Source: Chthoniobacteraceae bacterium (GTDB lineage: Bacteria; Verrucomicrobiota; Verrucomicrobiia; Chthoniobacterales; Chthoniobacteraceae). From it: 64,000 nt of DNA. The stretch lies in NCBI GenBank assembly GCA_031409335.1, contig JANNWY010000212.1, forward strand, positions 41,471 to 105,470, given 5' to 3'. The position numbers and the translations under genes were made by a program. The notes below the pieces were generated by a model. It made no database searches. It saw nothing but the letters and a program-made list of their open reading frames with translations, and had not been told where the DNA came from. Positions 10,714 to 18,361 of the stretch are shown in pieces (within the stretch, counting starts at the first letter, position 1; every line of letters starts with the position of its first letter).

Positions 10714-11205
10714 TCAGCCCGCAATGGCAGCGCGCAGCCTTTCGTAAAGAACGGCAAGCGCTTCGGGTAGCACCCGCGTTCCTGACAGCACGGGCATGAA
10801 GTTGTTGTCGCCTTCCCAGCGCGGAACGATGTGCAGATGCAGATGATCGACGACCCCAGCCCCGGCGCAGCGACCGAGGTTCAAGCCGACATTGAATCCC
10901 TGCGCACGCACCGTCGCTCGCAGGATTCGCTGCCCGAGAGCGGCGAGCGCCCAAAGTTCGAGTTGCTCGGCGTCGGTGAGTTCGGCGATTTCCGCTACTT
11001 TCCGGCAGGGGACCGCCATGAGGCGGCCGACCGCGTATGGGTAGCGGTTCATCATCAGGAAACTATGCGCCTGCCGCGCGACGACGAGGTGGGCGTGGTC
11101 ATCGGTCGCGCTGGCGGCGGCGAGGAGGAAATCGGGTTCGCTTCTTGCCGTGAAATATTCGACCCGCCACGGCGCCCAAAGTGAAGACAGCTCGTCGGCA
11201 TTCAT
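10714..11205 (-). CDS. HIT family hydrolase (Ap4A phosphorylase-like)
   Basis: LWAPWR N-terminus, GFNVGLNLG, HLHLHIVPRW triad; ATG at 11205 overlaps the SufE-like stop. Confidence 0.88.
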   Translation of the reverse strand: MNADELSSLWAPWRVEYFTARSEPDFLLAAASATDDHAHLVVARQAHSFLMMNRYPYAVGRLMAVPCRKVAEIAELTDAEQLELWALAALGQRILRATVRAQGFNVGLNLGRCAGAGVVDHLHLHIVPRWEGDNNFMPVLSGTRVLPEALAVLYERLRAAIAG

Positions 11206-11657
11206 TTGGGAAAAGAGTCCGCTTTTTTGAGGAGAAGCTCGCACGCATTTTTCACCCGCTTCAAAACGTAAAACACCGTCTGCGAACGGATGCGGACGAG
11301 GTGACTGCCGACGATTTTCCCGACGAAGTCCGGCGGAAGATTTGCGATTTCTTCAGGCCGCGCACCATTCAACCCACGGCACAAGATCGTCGCCATCGCG
11401 CGCGTCAGCGTCTGGACCTGCGGCCCGAGCGTCATGCGAAATGAAGCGCGCCCTTCGGGATCGAGTCGCAGGAAAATGCCGACTGTGTCCGTGCATTCCG
11501 CATCCTTCCGCACATCCTCGAAATCGAACGCCTCTCCGCGCCGCGGCTCGTGACGTTTCGCTTGTTCCGCGCACGCGATCAGGTTTTCCCGCTTCTCCTG
11601 CTCGGTCAGTGACTCGAAAAAAGTCACGATCTTCTGGAGTTCAGCGGGAGACTGCAT
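11202..11657 (-). CDS. SufE-family Fe-S sulfur acceptor-like protein
   Basis: Single Cys in DAECTDTVG; AILCRGLNGARPEEI resembles the SufE core. Confidence 0.7.
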   Translation of the reverse strand: MQSPAELQKIVTFFESLTEQEKRENLIACAEQAKRHEPRRGEAFDFEDVRKDAECTDTVGIFLRLDPEGRASFRMTLGPQVQTLTRAMATILCRGLNGARPEEIANLPPDFVGKIVGSHLVRIRSQTVFYVLKRVKNACELLLKKADSFPK

Positions 11658-11665
11658 GGTAGCGG

Positions 11666-12436
11666 TCAGGGATTCGGGAAAAGCGCGGCGATTTCCGCCT
11701 GCATCGCCTCTGCCGCGGCGCGCGGATCGGGCGCGTTGCGGATCGGACGCCCGACCACGATGTGATCCGCCCCGCTGCGAAACGCCTCCGCCAAAGTCAT
11801 CGTCCGCTTCTGATCATCGCTCCCGCGTTCGTCCGCCGCGCGGATTCCCGGCGTGATGATGAGCGGACCGTGACCCAGCTCCCGCCGCAGCCGCGCCGCT
11901 TCCTGGCCCGAGCAAATCAACCCGTCGATCCCCGCCGCGACCGCCTTTTTCGCGCGCAGCGAAACCAAATCCGCCACCGGCTTCGTCCACCCGATTTCCT
12001 CCAAATCACCCGCATCCATGCTCGTCAGCACCGTCACCGCGAGCAGCTTCATCGCGCCGCGCACCTTCACCGCGTCGGGATAGACCGAGGCCACCGCGTG
12101 CAGCGTGCAACACGTCGCGCCACTCCGCGCCAGATTTTCCACCGCCCCGCGCACCGTCGCCGGGACATCGTGAAATTTCAGGTCGGCAAAGACTTTTTTG
12201 CCGGTCGCGACGAGCGTTTCGAGCACCTCGAAATATTGCCCGCTCATGCAAAATTCGAGGCCGAGCTTGTAGAAAGTCACCGCGTCACCCAGCCGCTCGA
12301 TCCACGCCAGCGCATCGCTTTTCGTCGGGACATCGAGCGCCAAAATCAGCCGGTCGCGCGGGTCGATTTGTTTGGTGGAAAGCAGTTCGTTGGACATCGC
12401 AGGCGGAGTTTTGTCCGCCACACGGCCAACATTCAA
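11666..12436 (-). CDS. pyrF: Orotidine 5'-phosphate decarboxylase (start may be 12397)
   Basis: LILALD, FADLKFHDVPATV, VTVLTS, TPGIR, DDQKR, VVGRPI. Confidence 0.96.
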   Translation of the reverse strand: MNVGRVADKTPPAMSNELLSTKQIDPRDRLILALDVPTKSDALAWIERLGDAVTFYKLGLEFCMSGQYFEVLETLVATGKKVFADLKFHDVPATVRGAVENLARSGATCCTLHAVASVYPDAVKVRGAMKLLAVTVLTSMDAGDLEEIGWTKPVADLVSLRAKKAVAAGIDGLICSGQEAARLRRELGHGPLIITPGIRAADERGSDDQKRTMTLAEAFRSGADHIVVGRPIRNAPDPRAAAEAMQAEIAALFPNP

Positions 12437-12462
12437 CTTTCAAACTCACGAGCCCCGCCGAC

Positions 12463-13863
12463 TCAGTAAGTCTTCCGCATATTGCTCGGCAAAATATTCA
12501 GCTCATTCCGATACTTCGCCACCGTCCGCCGCGCGATCGGAATGCCGCGTTTGCTCAGGATTTCCACGATTTCCTTGTCGCTCAACGGAGTCTTCGCGTT
12601 CTCCGCTTTCACCAGCTCCGCGATCGCGCCCTTCACGCTCGTGTTGCTCATCGAAACGCCGTCCGCCGTCTGATAGCCGGGCGTGAAGAAATACTTCATT
12701 TCAAAAACACCGTGCGGCGTGCGGATGTATTTGCCGGAAATCGCCCGGCTCACGGTCGTCTCGTGGACGCCCACGATGTCCGCGATTTGCACCATCGTCA
12801 TCGGCTTCAACGCGCTCGGTCCGTGCTCCAGAAATTCCTGCTGCCGACCCACGATTTCATGGGAAATATTCGAGATCGTCTGCTGGCGCTGGTGGATGGA
12901 TTTGATGAGAAATTTCCCGCTGCGAATCTTGTCGCGAATGTAATCGCGCACATCCGCGCCATTGCGCTCGGACGACATCAAATCCTTGTAAGTATTGCTG
13001 ATCCGCAAATGCGGAATCTGGTCGCCATTCAGCGAAATCTGCCACTGGTCGCCGATGCGCTCGACCGTCACATCCGGCAGCACATAGTTGTTCGGATCGG
13101 CAGTGAAAATCTGGCCCGGTTTTGGATCGAGCGTCCCGATGAAATTCGCCGCGCGCTGCACCTGCTCCGCCGTCGTCCCGAGCCTGCGCGCGATCTCCGG
13201 AAACCGGCGTTTTCCCAGATCGTCGATAAAGCGATCGACGATGCGAAATTCGAGGCTCTGCTCCTTGCCGATCCGCTTGAGCTGGATGAGCAAACATTCC
13301 CGCAAATCCCGCGACGCGACGCCAATCGGATGGAACGTCTGCACCACCGCGAGCACCCTCCCGATGTCGTCGGGATCCATGCCGGTATTTTTCGCGATGT
13401 CCTCCGGCGAAGACTGGAGAAAACCCGCGTCGTCCACATTCCCGATGATCAGCTCCGCGACCTTCCGATCGCCCGGCTGCAAATCACTCGTCTCGATCTG
13501 TTCGAGCAAATGCTGCTGAAGCGTTTCCTCCTTCACCAGCGAATCGAAAAAGAACTGCCGCCGCTCCTCATCCTCCGCCGATCGGCCCGAGTAGCTCGAA
13601 CTCTGCGCCATGTAATCGCGCCACTCCTCATCCAGCTTCGCGAGCCGCTCGAATTCCTCCTGAAACTCATCGTGCTCGGCCTGCTTGTCCTCGATCGTCG
13701 GCTCGGTTTGTTCGAGCTCGATCGTCGGATTCGTTTCGATCTCCTGCTGGATGAGATTGCGCAATTCCAGCATCGGCACCTGCAATATTTGCAGGCTTTG
13801 CTGAAGCTGCGGCGCGAGAACTTGCGATTGCGAGAGGTTTTGAGATTGAGAGAGTCCGGCCAT
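12463..13863 (-). CDS. rpoN: RNA polymerase sigma-54
   Basis: Gln-rich region I, VHETTVSR HTH, RpoN box ARRTVAKYR. Confidence 0.97.
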   Translation of the reverse strand: MAGLSQSQNLSQSQVLAPQLQQSLQILQVPMLELRNLIQQEIETNPTIELEQTEPTIEDKQAEHDEFQEEFERLAKLDEEWRDYMAQSSSYSGRSAEDEERRQFFFDSLVKEETLQQHLLEQIETSDLQPGDRKVAELIIGNVDDAGFLQSSPEDIAKNTGMDPDDIGRVLAVVQTFHPIGVASRDLRECLLIQLKRIGKEQSLEFRIVDRFIDDLGKRRFPEIARRLGTTAEQVQRAANFIGTLDPKPGQIFTADPNNYVLPDVTVERIGDQWQISLNGDQIPHLRISNTYKDLMSSERNGADVRDYIRDKIRSGKFLIKSIHQRQQTISNISHEIVGRQQEFLEHGPSALKPMTMVQIADIVGVHETTVSRAISGKYIRTPHGVFEMKYFFTPGYQTADGVSMSNTSVKGAIAELVKAENAKTPLSDKEIVEILSKRGIPIARRTVAKYRNELNILPSNMRKTY

Positions 13864-13974
13864 GATTTTTTAAGAGAATATTGGGTCCGCCCGGATCGGC
13901 AAGCAGCATCCAAGCCATCGGCTGAAAATGTTTTTCAAATGGAGATCGGCACCAATCCCGCTTCACTGTGCCGC

Positions 13975-14232
13975 ATGAAACGATCACCCATGCTCTTCGC
14001 CCTCACCGGAGTGTGCGCACTCACCGGCGCATTGCTCCTTCCCCAGCCATCCAGTGGCCAGGCGCCCGCGTCCGGCGATGACGCACTCGCACAAATGCTC
14101 ACCGAAGTCGTGACTCAGCAGACCACGATTCACGAAAACCAAACCAAGATCGACGAAAAGATCGCCGTCATCGCGGAAGACATCCGCATCGCCCGCATTT
14201 TCGTCGGCCGCGGAGGCGGAAAGGCAAAGTGA
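13975..14232 (+). CDS. Small secreted coiled-coil hypothetical protein
   Basis: ATG 13975 (MKRSPMLFALTGVCALTGALLL), signal peptide then helical segment. Confidence 0.65.
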   Translation: MKRSPMLFALTGVCALTGALLLPQPSSGQAPASGDDALAQMLTEVVTQQTTIHENQTKIDEKIAVIAEDIRIARIFVGRGGGKAK

Positions 14233-14453
14233 TGAAAACGCTCGCACTCTTCATCTGGGGCATCGCCGCCATCATCGCGCTGAACGGCCCGCTGCACTCT
14301 CAAAACGCTCCGGCGAAATCTCCGCTCGAAATCTTGCGCGAAATGAAAATCAAAAACGCGGCCCTGCTCGAAAAGCAGGCGGCCACTTTGCTAAAACTCG
14401 ACGAAGTCGCCAAGGAAGCACAGCAGATCAAATTCCTCGGCAAACGCTCGTAG
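14229..14453 (+). CDS. Small secreted coiled-coil hypothetical protein
   Basis: Start overlaps the upstream stop; MKTLALFIWGIAAIIAL signal then helical segment. Confidence 0.65.
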   Translation: MMKTLALFIWGIAAIIALNGPLHSQNAPAKSPLEILREMKIKNAALLEKQAATLLKLDEVAKEAQQIKFLGKRS

Positions 14454-14467
14454 CGCCAAAAAATAAA

Positions 14468-14566
14468 GCCGAAGGCCCTTGGACTGCGGTGATTCCTTCA
14501 CCGCTTTTGCAAGGCGCGTGTTCTCCAGAGCGGTGAAGGAATCACCGCAGTCCAAGAGCCTTCGGC
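14468..14566. repeat. REP/REPIN-like inverted doublet (family A, copy 1)
   Basis: 38-bp arms 14468-14505 and 14529-14566 with 1 mismatch; each arm has the internal hairpin gcggtga-ttcct-tcaccgc; related copy at 57607-57743. Confidence 0.85.
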
Positions 14567-14596
14567 GTTCTCCCGGCCACCTTTGTAGAAATCGTC

Positions 14597-15976
14597 CTAC
14601 ACCTTCTCCGCCGCCGCCTTTTTCACATCCAGCTTCCGGTAAAGCGTGGCCATGCTGATGCCGAGCATCTTCGCCGCCTTCTCGCGCGAGCCCGCGTTGA
14701 ATCTGATCGTTTCGTCGATGTAGCGGCGCTCCACGTCGCGCGTGTATTCGTCGAGCGTTTGGCCCACGGGAAGGGTGCTGCTGCCTTCCGCCGCGGGCGC
14801 GTTGGCTTGGCGGACGACTTGCGGCGGGAGGTCGGAAACGCGGATCACTCCGTCGTCGCACAGCGCGCAGGCGCGTTCGATGGCGTTTTCGAGTTCACGC
14901 ACGTTGCCCTGCCAGCGGTATTGCTGGAGCGTTTCGACGGCTTTGTTGTCGATCTTCTTCGGCTCGGTCGCGGTTTGCGCGGCGTTCTTCGCGAGGAAAT
15001 GGTGGACCAGCAGCGGGATGTCATCGAGCCGCTCGCGGAGCGCCGGCATTTCGATCGGGATGACGCAGAGCCGGTAGTAAAGATCCTCGCGGAACTGCCC
15101 GGTCTTGATTTTTTCGTGCAGCGATTCGTTCGTCGCCGCGAGCACGCGCACATTGATGGACTGGCTCTTCGTGTCGCCCACCCGCCGGAGCTGGCGCTCT
15201 TGCAGCACGCGCAGGAGTTTCGTCTGGAGCGAGAGCGCCATCGAATTCACCTCATCGAGGAAAATCGTGCCCTGTTCGGCTTCCTCGAAAAGTCCGATCT
15301 TGTCGGAAGTCGCGCCGGTGAACGAACCCTTGCGATGGCCGAACAATTCGGATTCCAGCAGATTCTCGGGAAGTGCCGAGCAATTGATCGCGACGAAAGG
15401 CTGATGCTGGCGATTGGAATTGAAATGCAGCGCCCGCGCCACGAGTTCCTTGCCCGTGCCGCTCTCGCCTTGAATCAGGATGGTCGAATCCGTATCCGCG
15501 ACCTTCGCGATCAGGTTGTAAATATCCTGCATTCGCTGCGACGTGCCGATGATGTTTTCAAAGCGGAACTTCTCCTTCACCGCCCGCCGCAAATTCAAAA
15601 TCTCGCGCCGATCCGCCTGATGATCGAGCGCCCGCTGGATCGTGAGCTGCAGCTCATCCACCTTGAACGGCTTCGTGATGTAATCGTACGCACCGAGCTT
15701 CATCGCCTCCAGCGCGCTTTCCACTTTTGCATAAGCCGTGATCATGATGACCGGCGTCTGCGGCAGCACCTGCCGACTCTCGCGCAGGATGTCGAGCCCG
15801 TTCACCTTGTCCATTTTCAGGTCGGTGATGATGAGCTGCGGATTTTGCGTCACGAGATTCTCCAGCGCCTTCTGCCCGGAGCTGTAGGATTCCGTCTGGT
15901 GGCCACGCTCGTGGCAGATTTCGGAAATTACCGACACCATAGCGGGGTCGTCGTCGATGATGAGAATTCGGGCCAT
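14597..15976 (-). CDS. Sigma-54-dependent response regulator (NtrC/AtoC family)
   Basis: Receiver (IIDDD, TDLKM, KPF), GESGTGKE, GSFTGA, FLDEV, GNVRELEN, Fis-type HTH. Confidence 0.95.
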   Translation of the reverse strand: MARILIIDDDPAMVSVISEICHERGHQTESYSSGQKALENLVTQNPQLIITDLKMDKVNGLDILRESRQVLPQTPVIMITAYAKVESALEAMKLGAYDYITKPFKVDELQLTIQRALDHQADRREILNLRRAVKEKFRFENIIGTSQRMQDIYNLIAKVADTDSTILIQGESGTGKELVARALHFNSNRQHQPFVAINCSALPENLLESELFGHRKGSFTGATSDKIGLFEEAEQGTIFLDEVNSMALSLQTKLLRVLQERQLRRVGDTKSQSINVRVLAATNESLHEKIKTGQFREDLYYRLCVIPIEMPALRERLDDIPLLVHHFLAKNAAQTATEPKKIDNKAVETLQQYRWQGNVRELENAIERACALCDDGVIRVSDLPPQVVRQANAPAAEGSSTLPVGQTLDEYTRDVERRYIDETIRFNAGSREKAAKMLGISMATLYRKLDVKKAAAEKV

Positions 15977-16074
15977 AAAATTAGAGAATCGGTTTCGCGG
16001 TTTTGCGATTTATCAAGGATGAGAGCCCCAATGTCCAGCAATAATACCGACAGCTTCGCGCTCCATTTCCCCAC

Positions 16075-17001
16075 TCAGGGCTGCGACGCCGTCTGACGCC
16101 GCGCGGGGAATTCGGCTGGCTTTCCGTCCGCCGGATGATCGAATCCATACGTCAGCAGCAGCTTGCTATCCTCCCAAATCCCCGGCTTGTCCGAGTGCAT
16201 AATCACCGCGATCACCTCGCGATTTTCCCGCAGCGCCGCGCTCGCCAGCACCTGTTGCGCGGGGCGCGTGTAGCCCGTTTTCACCCCGATGCAGCCGGGG
16301 AATTGCGTCAGCAGCCGGTTGTGATTTCGCAGCGGATGCGAGGAAAAACTCGTCACCCACGGATGCTCCATCGTCGCCACGATGCGGCGGAAATACGGCT
16401 GCTGCATCGCCGCGCGCGCGATCAGCACGAGATCGCGCGGCGTGGTGAAATGATCCTTGTCGTGCAGCCCATGCGGATTGCGGAAACTCGTCCCCGTCGC
16501 GCCCAGTTCCCGCGCGCGCACCGTCATCTTTAGCCCAAATGCCTCGACGCTTCCCGCGTTATCACGACCCAGCGAATGCGCCACATCGTTCGCACTTTTC
16601 AGCATCAAACCGTAAAGCATCTGCCGCCGCGTATAACGTTCGCCGGGGCGAATGTTCAGACTGCTTTCGCCAACGTTCGCGTCCTCATCGGTGATCTCCA
16701 CCTCGCGATCCAGATCGCCCGCCTCGATCACCAGCAGCGCCGTCATGATCTTCGTCGTGCTGGCCGGATACTGCGGTTCGTCCGCGTTTTTTTCGTAAAG
16801 CGAGCGGCCCGTCAGACTGTCCATCACGATCGCGCCCTTCGCCGCGAGCGGCAGTTCGCCAGGAGCGAGTTGGTGAAAATTGCGCGTCGGGATCGCGGGC
16901 TTCGGCGTCGCCTTCGGCACCGCTTTTTTCGGCGGAGCCGCGCCACACGTCGCCGCGCAGATCAACAGGATGGTCGCGACGCTACGAAACGACATTCCCA
17001 T
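16075..17001 (-). CDS. D-alanyl-D-alanine carboxypeptidase (peptidase S11)
   Basis: ASTTKIM (SxxK), SAND (SxN), KTG, NPHGL; signal peptide. Confidence 0.92.
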   Translation of the reverse strand: MGMSFRSVATILLICAATCGAAPPKKAVPKATPKPAIPTRNFHQLAPGELPLAAKGAIVMDSLTGRSLYEKNADEPQYPASTTKIMTALLVIEAGDLDREVEITDEDANVGESSLNIRPGERYTRRQMLYGLMLKSANDVAHSLGRDNAGSVEAFGLKMTVRARELGATGTSFRNPHGLHDKDHFTTPRDLVLIARAAMQQPYFRRIVATMEHPWVTSFSSHPLRNHNRLLTQFPGCIGVKTGYTRPAQQVLASAALRENREVIAVIMHSDKPGIWEDSKLLLTYGFDHPADGKPAEFPARRQTASQP

Positions 17002-18205
17002 CGATCATCATCCACGGCACAGGCCGCGTGTAAGAAATGATTTCCTCATGCAAGGTCGCGACGCTACCGGACACCGGAATCGCGATCAAGTCGGCCAGCG
17101 CACCCGGCGCGATTTTTCCCAGATCATTTCCCAAATGCAGCGCGCGCGCCGGATTCACCGTCACCGTCCGCAGCAATTGCTCCGGCGTCAGCCACGGATT
17201 CGTCTTTTGCAAACCGCGCAGCTCGTCCAGCAGGCTCAGCGAATTCGTGCTCGCGAGACTGTCCGTCGCCACGCAGATATTCACCCCGAGATCGTGCAGT
17301 CGGCGATATTGGAAAGGCGTGTGCTGGAAATAGCGATGGCTGCCCGGACAATGGACGATGTGCGGCCCGCTGCCGCGCGGCAGACTCCCTAGAATGTCGA
17401 AATCCTCATCCACGAGTTCATTCATGTGGACCAAAATCCACGACGCATCGATCGCCCCGCTGCGCCACAAATAGCTGAACGGCGAATGCCCCCCGCAATC
17501 CGCCATCGGTCGCTGCAACCCCTCCAAAAACTCGAACAACGGCCCCGATTTATCGCTGAACATTTCAAACTCCTCGCGCGACTCCGCCACATGCGTCGTC
17601 AGCGGCATCGCCAGCTGCGCCGAGCACTCCCGCGCCAGCCGGTATAGCGTCGCCGAAGCCGTGTAAGGCGCGTGCGGACTCAGCCCAAAAAAATCCAGCG
17701 CCCGCGTCCGCGCCGCGAAAAAACTCAGCGCCCCCGCCAGCGCGCGCTCGGTCGGCAGGCGGTGGCGGATGTCGATCATCTCGTGAAACCACCACGTCCG
17801 CAGCGGCGACGGCGGCAGCCGCAGCATCAACTCGGGAAACGATTCGATATTCCCAATCGTCGTCGTCCCCCACTTCTTCGACTCCGCAAAACCTTTCCCA
17901 ATCGCCGCCAGATAATCGTCATCATCCAGACTCCGCTTCAGCGCATTGATCCGCTTCACCCAGGCCGTGAAACTCTTCGGCGGATCAATCGCATGCCGCA
18001 TCATGGAGTAGTCGAGATGGCAATGCGCATTGATGAGCCCCGGCAGCAAAACCACCTCGCCGAGATCGGTGACCTCCCCCGGATGCTCCGCCCGGATCTC
18101 CGCCACCCCGCCTACCGCCACGATCCGATTCGCCTCCATCACGACCGCGCCATCTTCGATCGGCGGGCCTTCGATGGGCAAAACAGTGCGTGCGCGGAAA
18201 ATCAT
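16982..18205 (-). CDS. Metal-dependent amidohydrolase (deaminase-like)
   Basis: PGLINAHCHLD, SPHAPY, THVAES, HCPGS, ATDSLAS, GKIAPGALAD. Confidence 0.88.
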   Translation of the reverse strand: MIFRARTVLPIEGPPIEDGAVVMEANRIVAVGGVAEIRAEHPGEVTDLGEVVLLPGLINAHCHLDYSMMRHAIDPPKSFTAWVKRINALKRSLDDDDYLAAIGKGFAESKKWGTTTIGNIESFPELMLRLPPSPLRTWWFHEMIDIRHRLPTERALAGALSFFAARTRALDFFGLSPHAPYTASATLYRLARECSAQLAMPLTTHVAESREEFEMFSDKSGPLFEFLEGLQRPMADCGGHSPFSYLWRSGAIDASWILVHMNELVDEDFDILGSLPRGSGPHIVHCPGSHRYFQHTPFQYRRLHDLGVNICVATDSLASTNSLSLLDELRGLQKTNPWLTPEQLLRTVTVNPARALHLGNDLGKIAPGALADLIAIPVSGSVATLHEEIISYTRPVPWMMIDGNVVS

Positions 18206-18361
18206 GCCGGGGAATGAACGGGAAAGATTCGCGAATGGCCAGTGAGCAATGAACCGCGCGCCTGACGAACCTGCTTCCGAACGCGAAGACGCAAAGACGC
18301 AAGTTCCTTTCGTCAGGCAGTGGATTCCTTTCGCGAGGAGTCCGATTCCTCGTGTCTTGAG

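Noticed and set aside
18206..18361. Terminal repeats flanking the NACHT gene
   Set aside because: Only a local 10-bp inverted repeat; no convincing match on the other side (21260-21368).
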